Shown here in pieces: positions 33,018 to 43,925 of a stretch of DNA of 64,000 nucleotides. The DNA lies in contig JBMNRW010000004.1 of assembly GCA_050944875.1 (NCBI GenBank), forward strand, positions 1,304-65,303, written 5' to 3'. The notes under the pieces were generated by a model that was not told where the DNA came from, did not search any database, and saw nothing but the letters and a program-made list of their open reading frames with translations. This DNA comes from Patescibacteria group bacterium. Lineage in GTDB: Bacteria > Patescibacteriota > UBA1384 > JACPKC01. A program made the position numbers and the translations under genes. Every line of letters begins with the position of its first letter. Position 1 is the first letter of the stretch.

Positions 33018-33359
33018 TCACTTCGCGGAGTTGAGCTCGGCGAGCAGGTCAGCGGGCGGGCGTTCAGTGAGAGACCTATCCTGTGGCAGCTCGGTGAACG
33101 GAACGCCGGAATACCAGGCCGCAGTCCGCAGGAGCGTCGTCATGACGCGTACCGACGTGTGACTGTGCGACACGGTCAGTCCACCAACCCGTGTGATCGA
33201 AGACCATTGCACGCCCTGGCGCCGAAGCCAAGCATCGATGAGTTCGGCTTCGGGACGCTCCTTGGCGTGTGCAGCAATGCACTCATCAACCACCCCTTCC
33301 GGCTTTACCAAGATAAGGCGAAGCATCGACCGATCACCGCCAGCAATGAGCTCATACAC
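33018..33359 (-). CDS. Short TsaB-like protein (N-terminal half only)
   Basis: Coupled to tsaE; SHSHTSVRV aligns loosely to the GPGSFTGLRI motif. Confidence 0.5.
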   Translation of the reverse strand: MYELIAGGDRSMLRLILVKPEGVVDECIAAHAKERPEAELIDAWLRRQGVQWSSITRVGGLTVSHSHTSVRVMTTLLRTAAWYSGVPFTELPQDRSLTERPPADLLAELNSAK

Positions 33360-33795
33360 GAATCACCTCCATCATCCGCTCCTTACCGTGATTTAACGCA
33401 AAACGGAGAAGGTATGTGGCGCGGCGACGAAGTACAGGAGCGTGTTCCATCCATTCGACGAAGTAGACCGCCTCAGGATCGTCGAATGTGAGGCCTAGGG
33501 CAGTAACGTCATCGTCGCTCTCGAGGCGATACAGATCACTGTGACACAGTCGGCGAATGCCCCGCACTGGCGCTGGTAGCTCGTACACCTGCTCGTAGAC
33601 GAAGGTTGGCGAAATGACATCCGCCACCACGCCCAAATAATTAGCTACATCTTTTACGAACGTTGTCTTACCAGCACCGAGCTCTCCCTCCAAGCCAATG
33701 AGGTCTCCCGACTTCACCTGCTCGATAAACTCGACCGCTACCTGGCGGAGTCTTGCTCGGTCAGTGATGTCGTAACGAGTGCTGCCCATATCCAT
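33352..33795 (-). CDS. tsaE: t6A biosynthesis ATPase
   Basis: GELGAGKTTF, SPTF, HSDLYRL, VEW. Confidence 0.95.
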   Translation of the reverse strand: MDMGSTRYDITDRARLRQVAVEFIEQVKSGDLIGLEGELGAGKTTFVKDVANYLGVVADVISPTFVYEQVYELPAPVRGIRRLCHSDLYRLESDDDVTALGLTFDDPEAVYFVEWMEHAPVLRRRATYLLRFALNHGKERMMEVIRV

Positions 33796-35908
33796 TCAGC
33801 TCCCATCAAGGCGATCAGTGCTGTCGAGAGCATAGCAAAGAGGAGGCTAAAGGTAACTGCCGAACCCTGTCGCGACTCGGTCGCGGCATGAAACTCAACA
33901 GCGTTCAGCTGCTCCCGCTGTTCCTCCACGAGGCCTGCGAGCGAAAGGAGTGAGCTTGCTGCCGCTCCTACCTGGGAATCAATGCCGGATTTACCCGCCT
34001 CTACGCTGCGCTCAGGACCCATGTCATCGACTACGGAGAGAGCGCCCTGCTCCATTCGCCCCGCCTCCTGCGTAGCTTCACCTACTGCCGCCTCCTCGAC
34101 TTCCTCCACACTGCCAGACAGCAGGCGTACCACCGGAGAATCGACCTCGGTAACCACCCCGACGCCGTGGAGTACCGTACCTGCGCTCAGTGGCAGACGT
34201 AACTCCTGCGGAATAGATAAACGGATCAACTGACCAGCGACACGGAGAAATCGCTGCCGATCGACGAATTCTATAGTGCCGCTAAACGTCACGGTCTTGA
34301 GGAGCGAAAACGTTGTCTCTGCATCGATGCGTTGCACGTGAACCGCTTCCTGACCGTCCTCCTGCACGTCGCCCGCTGCAGCAACTCGGATCCGAGGCAC
34401 GTCAGCCGAGGACACTGCACCCAGCACAGTGACTCGCTGACCGACAACCTGCAGGACGTCAGTCGCACCAGCTGGGAGCACGACCTCAATCGTCGCATCG
34501 CCATCACTCAGCAAGGCGGTTCGCTCTGCGTACACTCCAACTGCCTGCGTAACGGTGCCACTCGTCCGAACCTTCGTGTTTGCCGCCAGTCGCTTCCCCG
34601 CTACATCGCTCAACGGGACGCTCGGCACTGGGTCTACACCGTTCATTCCTCCTGGCACTGGTCGCGCGATGGCTCTTTCATTGACCACACCAGGCGTCGG
34701 CTCCGTCTATGCCCACTCTCCTCCCGGCAAGCGCGACCAACTCTCGCCCCGGCGGGCTGCTGGGACTTGTACCGTGTCGAGGATCTCGCCACTACCGTCA
34801 CGCAGCTCAAGAACCACGCCGTCATTGCGCAGCACAAACGAACTCGGCAAGGCAATCTGCCTGTAACCGGCTGGGGGAACAATTGTACTCGCAAAGCTGT
34901 GCCGCTGGGGTTGAGTACCTCCTACTTCGACGAGCTCCCAGCCAAAGAGGTCAACCGGCTCGTTGCTGTCGTTCGTGAATTCGACAAACTCTCTGCCCCC
35001 TTCAGCTGGTGCCGTCAGTACCTCTGAAACACGTACCTCGCGTGCAGCTTGCGTCATGTGACAGGTGAGATAGTTACAGCTGAAAGCCCGTTCCCTGCCC
35101 GGGCAACCACAGGCAATAGTACATCACTCATCTGCGCTGGCCGCAGAACGTTCAGGCGGTACGCGCCGTCCTCCTGCCGTTCAAGCGGGGTAGCGTCTTC
35201 ATGCTCCAGCGATGCGTCCACGGCGCCAGGCGCCCAGGTTACGGCAAGGGTGAACTCACGCTGCATCTCTCCCGGTTGCCAGGAAATCGCGCACGCTGGG
35301 AGCGAGAAATGAGGCGCACCGGAATTCGTCGGCGTTCCCAGATCTGGACGACCAGGATCAAAGCCCTGCTGCTCTCATGCTTCGACCCAGGCGCGCGGAT
35401 CGCTCCCAGGCAGCAGCGGATCGAAGGTACGAACGAGCGCCGCGGGCGGCAGCGAGTTACTGTATGGGGGCAATCCGCCACTCCCTACTCGATCTGCAAT
35501 GCTACCGTCTGGACGACGAAGCTCGAGTGCGAACGCCGTATTACTGAGCCCGAGCGCTGAGCTAATGACGTCGGGCTGCACAGCGAGGGCTGACGGACCG
35601 GTCGTAAACATATGTTCCGGGCCGTTATTTGCAATCAAGAAGTATCCGCCCGGCGCAATACTACCCTCCTCAATACGCACAAGGAGGATCGGCTCAGCAG
35701 CGACGTTCCAGAGCTCCCAACCCTCAAGCGACACGATGTCGGCCGAGAGATTTCGGAGCTCCACCCACTCATCAGCCGCCGAAATACTTGAGCCCGCCCA
35801 GGCGAGTTCACTCACGACCACAGGTATCTCGACAGCCTCCGCCACGCTAGCCACCCCGCCTATCGCCCAGGCGCAGAGCAACACCCCAATCAGCCCCCCC
35901 TTTGCCAC
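33738..35908 (-). pseudogene. Secreted/anchored lamin-tail-domain plus OB-fold protein, interrupted three times
   Basis: LTD motifs SELAWAGS..DEWVELRN and SEVL..EFVEFTN; in-frame TGA at 35375, frameshift ~35055, in-frame TAG at 34707; C-terminal TM. Confidence 0.7.
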
Positions 35909-35921
35909 ATACAACCTCCTT

Positions 35922-36728
35922 CTAGAGTTCAATGATTTGCCCCTCTTCAAGCTCTCCGGTGTTTGCCACGATCCGACTAGTCTGGGGTAAGCGATTCGGC
36001 GATGGCTTCGGCTGCACCGAGGATGGTGCCGCTGTTGGCGGCGGTGGCGACACGAGCAAGTGCTCACGGAGGTGTTCGTGGCGGTACCCAGTCGGCTGGG
36101 CCATACTGCGCATCCCCTGTTCGTCAATACGTTGCGCTGCGTGCTGCGCCATAGCTTGAGTTCCATTCGGTCGCGCTGCAAGCTTATCGTGCAAAAGGAG
36201 AATAGTATTTGCGACGACGTACGGCCGGGGTACGTTCTTTAACGTAAAGCTCGGAGCATCACTTGCCGATTCCACAACTACAGTGCCGTACCGCAATAGT
36301 GTCTGCACATACCCCCGCATGTGTGCCGTAACATCCTGGACACGAGCAAGCGGTAGTTCCACTACCTTGCGACTAAATAGTCCTACCTGCTCAATAATAA
36401 TTAACCTCTCCGAGGTTAATACACCGACGTCCAAATAATGCTCGATCCAGGCGGTAATAAACACTGCGTTTGTAATAAGTAAATGCATGCTGCCAATTAG
36501 TAGCAATACAATGAATACAGTGCTATTTGAAAGGTCTAATATCTGAAAACGAAAGATTAGGTAGCCAACAACCAGTGGAATGAGCACCATAAAGCCAAGG
36601 ATGAGCATCCAAGGCGCAAATGCCATCCAATGACGGCGAATAAATATAAGTACCTCTTCATCCTGGAGTTGCCCCGGAAACAATTCGCTCGGTCGGCCAG
36701 TAACAATGTTGCGACGAAACGTATTCAT
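35922..36728 (-). CDS. Bacterial PH-domain (bPH_2) membrane protein
   Basis: EEVLIFIRRHW, two TM, LTSERLIIIEQ.GLF, RVQDV, YGTVVVESA. Confidence 0.85.
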   Translation of the reverse strand: MNTFRRNIVTGRPSELFPGQLQDEEVLIFIRRHWMAFAPWMLILGFMVLIPLVVGYLIFRFQILDLSNSTVFIVLLLIGSMHLLITNAVFITAWIEHYLDVGVLTSERLIIIEQVGLFSRKVVELPLARVQDVTAHMRGYVQTLLRYGTVVVESASDAPSFTLKNVPRPYVVANTILLLHDKLAARPNGTQAMAQHAAQRIDEQGMRSMAQPTGYRHEHLREHLLVSPPPPTAAPSSVQPKPSPNRLPQTSRIVANTGELEEGQIIEL

Positions 36729-36732
36729 ACCT

Positions 36733-36930
36733 TCACCCTATAATTGCGTAAAGAATCAACACAGCCGTTAAAAATAGCACTGTGCCAGCACAGCCAACGT
36801 AAAGACGCAATACCTGCTGCGAGGCATCGCCGGAGTATCCATACTCATTCAAATGATGAATGACATATGTCGAGTATAAGCCGTAACCCAGGAGAAAAAG
36901 GAGGTAGACGAGGGTGACGGCGAGCAGCAT
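36733..36930 (-). CDS. Small 2-TM membrane protein
   Basis: TGATG coupling to ruvB; IHHLNEYGYSGD between two TM helices. Confidence 0.7.
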   Translation of the reverse strand: MLLAVTLVYLLFLLGYGLYSTYVIHHLNEYGYSGDASQQVLRLYVGCAGTVLFLTAVLILYAIIG

Positions 36931-37949
36931 CACCAGCCTCCGTCAGCTCCCCTGAGGAGTTCGAGACCGCGCACGGTAATCTGGCGACCGCGCGGCGTTC
37001 GCTCGAGCAACCCTTCACGGATGAGGAATGGCTCATAAACATCCTCGAGCGTGTCAGCATCCTCGCCGAGCGCCGCCGCGAGCGTACCAAGGCCAACCGG
37101 CCCACCACTGAACTGCTCACCAATCATCGTGAGGATAGCGCGATCGATCTTGTCGAGTCCGAATGGGTCAATACGGAGCAGCTTCAACGCCTCGTCGGCA
37201 ACAGAAGCGGTAATGAGCTCAGCCCGATGGACCTGCGCGTAATCTCGCACGCGTCGCAGTAGGCGGTTTGCGATACGCGGCGTCCGACGAGCTCGTCCCG
37301 CAATCTCACGAGCACCCGAGCGATCAAGTGGCGCGTCAATGAGCGCGGCCGACCGCAGCACGATCTCTTCTACCTCCTCGGGCTCATAGAAATCGAGGTG
37401 GAAGTGGCCGCCGAATCGGTCACGGAGTGGCGAAGAGAGTCGCCCAACCTTGGTCGTCGCACCAATGAGTGTGAATCGGGGCAGTTCGAGGCGAAGCGTC
37501 TTGGCTGATGGCCCCTTGCCGAGTACGAGGTCAAGTGCGAAATCTTCCATTGCGGGGTAGAGAATCTCTTCTACCGTGCGCTTGAGCTGATGGATCTCAT
37601 CGATGAAGAGGATGTCGCCGCTCTGGAGTCCCGAGAGAATAGACGCAACGTCACCTGGCCGTTCGAGTGCGGGGCCAGAGGTTACCCTGAGCGAGGTACC
37701 AAGCTCTTTCGCAACGACGTGCGCAAGACTCGTCTTCCCTAGGCCAGGAGGGCCGTAGAGCAGCAGGTGCTCGAGCGCCTGCCCACGCTCCTTCGTCGCT
37801 TGAATGAGGATCGCGAGGTTACGCTTCGTTGACTCCTGGCCGATAAACTCACCGAGCTGCTTCGGCCGGAGCGCCGCATCTTCACGCACCTCCTCCGGCT
37901 GCGCTACTGCTTCCGTAAGGACGGTGGTCCCAACCTGTTCGTTCGGCAT
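36930..37949 (-). CDS. ruvB: Holliday junction branch migration helicase
   Basis: [39 protein letters not shown]. Confidence 0.97.
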   Translation of the reverse strand: MPNEQVGTTVLTEAVAQPEEVREDAALRPKQLGEFIGQESTKRNLAILIQATKERGQALEHLLLYGPPGLGKTSLAHVVAKELGTSLRVTSGPALERPGDVASILSGLQSGDILFIDEIHQLKRTVEEILYPAMEDFALDLVLGKGPSAKTLRLELPRFTLIGATTKVGRLSSPLRDRFGGHFHLDFYEPEEVEEIVLRSAALIDAPLDRSGAREIAGRARRTPRIANRLLRRVRDYAQVHRAELITASVADEALKLLRIDPFGLDKIDRAILTMIGEQFSGGPVGLGTLAAALGEDADTLEDVYEPFLIREGLLERTPRGRQITVRGLELLRGADGGW

Positions 37950-38012
37950 AGTGCCTCGAGTATACCACGGCCGCCGGTTTCGCGGCGGCCGTGGCGCTAG
38001 TGCGAGCACTGC

Positions 38013-39236
38013 TTACGGGAGGTAACTCAGTGGATTTACCCGTGTCGAGTAGTCCCAGATCTCGAAGTGCAAGTGCGGCCCTGTCGACCAGCCAGTCGAA
38101 CCCATGTACCCGATCACCTGCCCACGACGGACTTCCTGCCCAGCAGAGACAGTGAAGCTCTGGAGGTGGGCGTAGAGCGAGCTATACCGAGCGTTGTGCC
38201 CGATCACAATGTAGTTCCCGTACGCGTACAATCGTCCGTTGTAGTACATCGACGTCGCCGTAGTGACTGTTCCACTTGACGCGGCGTAAATCGGAGTCCC
38301 CGATACATTTGCCAGGTCGAGACCGCCGTGGTTCCCACCTGGCTGGAATGGCGTCGAACCGCCGAAGTAGGTCGTGATTGCTCGGTAGTCCGTCGGCCAC
38401 TGGAAGCCGACCGCCGACGTACCACGATCACGTGCCTGGATAACGCCGGGACCCTTCGAGTTTAGGCGGGAGCGAAGCGCAGCCATCTGCGACTCAACTT
38501 GGCTATTGAGCTTTTTCGCCTCTTCTACCTGTGCCTCGTACGAGCGCTGCTCTTCTTTTGTTCGAACCAAGAGCGCATCCTTCCGCGCCTTCTGGTCCGC
38601 AAGACCGACGCGGTACGCCTCCTGCTGCGCCTTCATCCCAGTGAGCTCATCCCGCCGAGTCTTCAGCTCCGTTCGCTTCGCTTCGAGATCGCGCCTCAAG
38701 CCTTCGACTTCCGCGATCATCGCGTCGATCTGATCCTCGAGCGCCTCGAGGTACTGGGTGTGCTCAACGAACTCGGAGATTGACGTCGCGCCAGCAACGA
38801 GGAAGAGCGCATCTTCGCCGCCGGTCTCGTACAGCACGCGGAGCGTCTCGTCCTGGTTGCCTCGCTGCTCGTCGAGCTCGCGCTGCTTTACGACGATATC
38901 CGCTTCGACACGGGTAATCTCCGCCTCCGCTGCTGCGATCTGTCCAGCAACGTCGTTGATCTTCTGCTCCGTGTACTCAATGTCCCCTTCGATGCGGTCG
39001 ATCTGGCCAGTGAGCGCCTGCGCCTCTTTCTTCTTTTGCTCCGCTGCCGCCCGTGAATCCTGAATCTTCTTATTGAGCTCAGCGGACTGCTTCTGCAAGT
39101 CCTGGAGCGTGGCCGCGTGGCCAGTACCAGTGCCGGTCCAAAACGCGAACGGCGCTACGGCAAGCGCAGTAATGGCGCCCACGAGGAGCGCCCGACGAAC
39201 ACGTGTAGTAACGAATTGTGCGCTTCGATTTTCCAT
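38013..39236 (-). CDS. Coiled-coil plus M23 peptidase (EnvC/CwlO-type FtsEX partner)
   Basis: Signal peptide, long coiled coil, HGGLD, YAHL, STGPHLHFE. Confidence 0.92.
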   Translation of the reverse strand: MENRSAQFVTTRVRRALLVGAITALAVAPFAFWTGTGTGHAATLQDLQKQSAELNKKIQDSRAAAEQKKKEAQALTGQIDRIEGDIEYTEQKINDVAGQIAAAEAEITRVEADIVVKQRELDEQRGNQDETLRVLYETGGEDALFLVAGATSISEFVEHTQYLEALEDQIDAMIAEVEGLRRDLEAKRTELKTRRDELTGMKAQQEAYRVGLADQKARKDALLVRTKEEQRSYEAQVEEAKKLNSQVESQMAALRSRLNSKGPGVIQARDRGTSAVGFQWPTDYRAITTYFGGSTPFQPGGNHGGLDLANVSGTPIYAASSGTVTTATSMYYNGRLYAYGNYIVIGHNARYSSLYAHLQSFTVSAGQEVRRGQVIGYMGSTGWSTGPHLHFEIWDYSTRVNPLSYLP

Positions 39237-39292
39237 TTACCCTCCTGCGATACCCTTCCTCACTACACGACTTCCACCACCAATGCAAGCGT

Positions 39293-40213
39293 CTACAGCC
39301 GAACGAAGCGACGGACCGCCACGTAGCTCATAAGGACTGCGCTTCCAATCCCCACGCCGACAACCGTCACAACAATCCACACGATGTGCTGCCAGAAAAA
39401 CTGGAGCATGTCGGGCGCGAGGAATTTCGCGATCGACAGAAGTGGCGATGAGCTCGCCAGATCGTACTTGAGGAAGAAGTACGTCGCAACGAGCGCTGCG
39501 GCCGAGCCAAAGAACCCAACGATTGCCGCCTCAACGAGGAATGGCGAGCGGACGAACGCCGTCGTTGATCCGACGAGCCGCATAATCTCGATCTCGCTGG
39601 ACCGGGAGAGGATGACGATGCGAGTCGTGTTGTAGATGAGGATGAACGAGAGCAGGAAGAAGATTCCTGCGAGGATCCACCCGTTCTGGCGAACACTGCG
39701 CGCTGTCGCCACTAAGCTCTCGACGACCGTCTGGTTATCCTTGTAGCTCACCCGCCGGACTTTTCCTTCGTACTGCGACGACTCGAATACCTTCGCGAGA
39801 AGACCGAGGTTCGCCGGATCGTGCGCCTGAATAACAAGACTCCGGGGTAGTGGGTTGTCTTCGGGGGTGATTAGGCTTTTCACCCGCTCACTCGTGCGCC
39901 GCTCCTGCCACACTTGGAATGCCTGCTCCTTGGAGACATAGTTCACGCTCTTCACGTCTGGCCGATTCGCAAAGGTGCGCTGAATATCGAGGATCTCCTC
40001 TTCTGTTGCGTCGTCATTGAAGTACACGGAGAGGTCGAGCTTGTCCTGAATACCCTCGGTCGTATTCACGATAACGATGCCCTGAATAGCGAAGACGCCG
40101 ATAATGAAGAGCGTAATCGCGATGACGAGCGATGAGGCGAACGATAGCCAGCCGCTCCGGAAGAAATTCGCGATCCCGAACTTGAGTGCGCGAACCATTG
40201 AGAGCGTGCTCAT
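39293..40213 (-). CDS. ftsX: Cell division permease
   Basis: YVSKEQA, NPLP, EIEIMRLVG, PFLVEA. Confidence 0.93.
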   Translation of the reverse strand: MSTLSMVRALKFGIANFFRSGWLSFASSLVIAITLFIIGVFAIQGIVIVNTTEGIQDKLDLSVYFNDDATEEEILDIQRTFANRPDVKSVNYVSKEQAFQVWQERRTSERVKSLITPEDNPLPRSLVIQAHDPANLGLLAKVFESSQYEGKVRRVSYKDNQTVVESLVATARSVRQNGWILAGIFFLLSFILIYNTTRIVILSRSSEIEIMRLVGSTTAFVRSPFLVEAAIVGFFGSAAALVATYFFLKYDLASSSPLLSIAKFLAPDMLQFFWQHIVWIVVTVVGVGIGSAVLMSYVAVRRFVRL

Positions 40214-40941
40214 TTGGTCCCCACGTGCTTCTTCGGATGCGTTGGTAGCTCGTATGTCCCAACTGCCTTATCCGAAACAATGTGGCCGTGCTCGACGACA
40301 ACGACGCGCCGCTTCAGGTAGTCGACGACTTCCTTGTTGTGCGTTGCGAGGATAACGGTCGTCCCGCTCCGGTTGATCCGCTCGAGGAGTTCCACGATCT
40401 CCATTGTCGTTGAGGGATCGAGGTTGCCGGTCGGCTCGTCGGCGAGAAGAATCTTCGGGTTGTGGATCATGGCGCGAGCGATGGCAACGCGCTGCTTCTC
40501 ACCACCCGAGAGCTCGTGCGGGTAGTTGTCACCTTTGTCAGCGAGGCCGACGAGGGTGAGGATCTTCGGAACGCGCTCCGCGATCTCCGCGTTCGAGACG
40601 TCAGAAACCTCGAGTGCGAAGGCGATGTTCTCAGCGACGGTCTTCCGTGGCAGGAGCTTAAAATCCTGGAACACGACACCCACTTTCCGCCGGTAGTAGG
40701 GCAGCTCGCGGTCTTGGAGCTTGGTGATGTCTCGGTTCGCGATAAGAATGCGGCCAGCGTCTAGCTTTTCCTCGGCGATGAGGAGGCGGATGAGCGTGCT
40801 CTTCCCCGCGCCCGACGGCCCAACCAAACTGACGAGCTCGCCCGCCTGAATGGTGAGCGAGATATTGTCGAGTGCAAGTGAGCGCTGGCGCGGGTTCGAG
40901 ACGCGCGCATACGACTTCGTAACCTGTTCGAGTTCGATCAT
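40210..40941 (-). CDS. ftsE: Cell division ATP-binding protein
   Basis: [43 protein letters not shown]. Confidence 0.96.
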   Translation of the reverse strand: MIELEQVTKSYARVSNPRQRSLALDNISLTIQAGELVSLVGPSGAGKSTLIRLLIAEEKLDAGRILIANRDITKLQDRELPYYRRKVGVVFQDFKLLPRKTVAENIAFALEVSDVSNAEIAERVPKILTLVGLADKGDNYPHELSGGEKQRVAIARAMIHNPKILLADEPTGNLDPSTTMEIVELLERINRSGTTVILATHNKEVVDYLKRRVVVVEHGHIVSDKAVGTYELPTHPKKHVGTK

Positions 40942-41101
40942 ATCCCTCCTCGGGCCCCCGCACGGCCTGCTTGTCTACATGGTACCAGGGGCACGGGAGA
41001 TGAACAATGAACAGGCGAAAAACAAAAGCCGGGACGCAGGGTGGTGTTCGTATTACCCACACTGCGTTCCGGCTATAGCGTCACGAGGACGCACGAGCGA
41101 G

Positions 41102-41368
41102 TCAGTGGCTCGCGTTCTGGCGGATGCACTCCGCCACACACCCGCCTCGGCGGTAGATTTCAAGCAACTTGCGAGCCGGCGAAGCTGCTCCGTGATCGAT
41201 GAAGTGCAGCGGGTGCGCCTCATCGGGGACTCGACCCCGACAGAGTGCGACCGCCCGATGGGCGGCCAGATCAAGATCCACCGCAGCCAATCGGGGTTCG
41301 TGCTTTAGCCACTCGCGCTTGAGACGAGTGACTTCCTGCTCCCGCAGGCTCTGTACCTGTACGACCAA
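41102..41368 (-). CDS. Small hypothetical protein (TTG start)
   Basis: SD GGAGGA 7 nt upstream of TTG; no recognisable domain. Confidence 0.4.
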   Translation of the reverse strand: MVVQVQSLREQEVTRLKREWLKHEPRLAAVDLDLAAHRAVALCRGRVPDEAHPLHFIDHGAASPARKLLEIYRRGGCVAECIRQNASH

Positions 41369-41484
41369 TTTTCATTCCTCCGACGTAAAGTATCACGATG
41401 GAACCCTCACGCTTTCCTGAAAAAGAAAAACGTCGTGCGAGTTCGCGTCGACGGCTCATAGAGTACGCGAAACGACCGGTTTTG

Positions 41485-42285
41485 TCAACGACTTGACGGT
41501 CGAAGAAGGAGCGCGATTCCAAAGCAGACTGCAGCGAGCAGGGCGATCGTCGGCCCTGTCGCCGTATCGAGTGCGACCGACAGCGCGACACCGCCGACTG
41601 CAGCCACGACGCCAACGAGCGCACTGCCGAGGACGAGCTCGCGCATCGATCGGGCGATGAGGTAGCTCGTTGCAGACGGAATGAGGAAGAGGCCAGACAG
41701 GAGAATGATGCCGATGAGCTTGATGCCGAGCGCAATCATGGTCGCGACGACGACCCCGAAGATGATGTCGTTGCGACGGGTTGGCACTCCTTCTACCTCG
41801 GCGAGATCCGGGTGGACAATCTCGAGGACAATCTGCTGGTGAATTGCCCAGAGTACAGCAAGCGAGAGTGTGGCAGCGGCAGTAATGAGCGCTACGTCAC
41901 CGTTTGAGAGCGCAAGCACATCGCCGAACAGTAATCCCATGAGGTCTACGCGAACATCTCGCAAGAACGTCAGGAGGAAGATCCCGAACGCCGCAACTGC
42001 GGCAAAGAGCACGCCGAGCACGGTATCAAAGGAGAGACGGGTTTGACGCCGGATCGCGAGCACGAGCATCCCGACGATGATCGCGAAGGCGACCGACGAC
42101 CAGCTCACGTTAATCCCGAAAAGGACGCCGAGCGCGACGCCAGTGAACGCAGAGTGTGCGATCGTGTCCGTGTAGAAGCTCATCCCGCGCATCTGGATGA
42201 AGCTCCCAATGACGCCACCGGCGACCGAGAGGATAAGCGCCGCGATGAGCGCACGAAGCATGAAGGGTTCAGTGAGTATGTCCAT
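41485..42285 (-). CDS. znuB: Zn/Mn ABC transporter permease
   Basis: FMLRAL, DTIAHSAFTGVALG, LLFGDVL, TGPTI. Confidence 0.9.
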   Translation of the reverse strand: MDILTEPFMLRALIAALILSVAGGVIGSFIQMRGMSFYTDTIAHSAFTGVALGVLFGINVSWSSVAFAIIVGMLVLAIRRQTRLSFDTVLGVLFAAVAAFGIFLLTFLRDVRVDLMGLLFGDVLALSNGDVALITAAATLSLAVLWAIHQQIVLEIVHPDLAEVEGVPTRRNDIIFGVVVATMIALGIKLIGIILLSGLFLIPSATSYLIARSMRELVLGSALVGVVAAVGGVALSVALDTATGPTIALLAAVCFGIALLLRPSSR

Positions 42286-42898
42286 GAGGGTCTCCGAGGC
42301 GAAGTTCGTGGAACTTCTTGCCAAGCCGCTTCTCGTACGTCGTAAGCTCAGCGTGGTCATGAGTCACGGTGATAATTGTTGTGTCGTGCTCCTTGAGGAG
42401 GTGGACGAGCAGCGAAGCGATCTCAGTCCGACCGAGCGCGTCGATTCCCGCGGACGCCTCGTCGAGCACGAGGAGCTTCGGTGAGCGGGCGAGCGCACGG
42501 GCGAGCACAACCCGCTGCAGCTCCCCGCCGGACAGCGTTGCAAGACTCGCGTCAAAGAGCTCTTGGATCTTGAGCTCACTGCAGAGCGCCCGCGTCGGTC
42601 GCCGGACGCTCGAGAGTCCGAAGAACTCTCGCACCGTGAGCGGAAGCGTTCCGGGAAAGTGGAACCGCTGCGGCACGTACCCCACATCAGCTGCCGGGAC
42701 GCGATCAACCGCCTTCCCCTCGTACAGGAACTCGCCTTCCGTCGCGTTTAAACCAAGAAGACCGCGGATGAACTGGGTTTTACCAGCACCGTTCGGCCCC
42801 GTGACGGCAAGCAATTCTCCGGCGCGGAGCGTGACGGCGAGCGGACCGACGAGCGTCCGACCGCCAACAAGCACGTGGTAGTTGCTGAGCGCAATCAT
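42269..42898 (-). CDS. znuC: Zn/Mn ABC transporter ATPase
   Basis: GPNGAGKT, GYVPQ, LSGGELQRVVLARAL, VTHD. Confidence 0.9.
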   Translation of the reverse strand: MIALSNYHVLVGGRTLVGPLAVTLRAGELLAVTGPNGAGKTQFIRGLLGLNATEGEFLYEGKAVDRVPAADVGYVPQRFHFPGTLPLTVREFFGLSSVRRPTRALCSELKIQELFDASLATLSGGELQRVVLARALARSPKLLVLDEASAGIDALGRTEIASLLVHLLKEHDTTIITVTHDHAELTTYEKRLGKKFHELRLGDPHGHTH

Positions 42899-42934
42899 TC
42901 CTGAACAGTATAGCGGATCACTTCGTGAACACCG

Positions 42935-43846
42935 TTAGCCGAGCACCGCCCGCAACGCCTCGAGGTTGCGCCGCATGCCGTCTACGTACGACTCGTCGAG
43001 CTCGTTCGTCTCGAGAGGGTCGAGCTCACGAACGGCAATGCCGAGATCGCGGGCGAGCTGATCCACGGTCGCCGGCGAGTACTGCGGCTCAGTGAAGAGC
43101 CCGCGCAACCGCTTCTCTTGCACGAGGGAGCGGATGCGGGCGAGCTCGGCCGGCCGGGGCGCCTCGCCGGGCGTCGCCTCAATGGTCGCAACTTGCTCCA
43201 GGCCGTAATCACGTGCGAGGTACGAAAACGCACTGTGGAAGGCAATGAACTCGCGATCCCGAAACGTCGCGATGCTCGCCCGGAACTCCTGGTCGAGCGA
43301 CGAGAGCTCGGCAATCAGTGCTGCTGCGTTCGACTCATACGTTTCGCGATTCATCTCATCTACCCGCACGAGCGCGTCACGGATGTACCCGGCAAGCAGA
43401 ATGGCGTTCTTCGGTGAGAGCCAGATGTGCGGGTCGGTGCCAGCTTCACCAGCCTCCTCATCGTCGGCCGAGAGTAGCTTCACATCCGCCTCGAGCATAG
43501 CTGCGAGCTCCAAGCGCGTGGCAAGTGAATCCGATGCCGTAAAAAGCGAATCCAGCCACTCATGCTCGAGCTCGGCTCCGTTCGAGATGACGAGTGTCGC
43601 GCTTCGAAGTGCAGCTAGGTTTGCTGGTGCCGCCTGGTAGTCATGTACTTCCTGACCGGCCGGCACAAGCTGTTCTACTCGCGCCACCGTACCCGCGATC
43701 GGCGCGGCGAGGGCAGTAATCGGGTAGAAGGTTGTCACGACCAGTGGTCGATCATCAGCCACAGGCCGCGTGCGCAAGTTGAGTACGACAGCCGCAATTC
43801 CTAGCACAACAAGCAGTCCAACAACGAATCCGATCCAACGATGCAT
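42935..43846 (-). CDS. znuA: Zn ABC transporter substrate-binding protein
   Basis: VTTFYP, EVHDY, DPHIWLSP, FHSAFSYLARDYGL, LDPLE. Confidence 0.9.
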   Translation of the reverse strand: MHRWIGFVVGLLVVLGIAAVVLNLRTRPVADDRPLVVTTFYPITALAAPIAGTVARVEQLVPAGQEVHDYQAAPANLAALRSATLVISNGAELEHEWLDSLFTASDSLATRLELAAMLEADVKLLSADDEEAGEAGTDPHIWLSPKNAILLAGYIRDALVRVDEMNRETYESNAAALIAELSSLDQEFRASIATFRDREFIAFHSAFSYLARDYGLEQVATIEATPGEAPRPAELARIRSLVQEKRLRGLFTEPQYSPATVDQLARDLGIAVRELDPLETNELDESYVDGMRRNLEALRAVLG

Positions 43847-43890
43847 GCGGGCACTCCTTTCTGTATTGTACCCACAGTACCATAGACAAG

Positions 43891-43919
43891 TTGACAAATG
43901 CAACTCTGTTGCATATAGT
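43891..43919. promoter_or_regulatory. zur promoter with Fur/Zur-type operator in its spacer
   Basis: TTGACA, 17 nt, TATAGT; perfect IR ATGCAAC-tct-GTTGCAT at 43898-43914 between divergent znuA and zur. Confidence 0.8.
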
Positions 43920-43925
43920 ACTTTC

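Noticed and set aside
35375-35377. Genetic code 25 (TGA=Gly) suggested by the in-frame TGA
   Set aside because: Core genes are intact under code 11, TGA is used as a real stop (e.g. ruvB, ftsE), and the same gene also has a TAG and a frameshift
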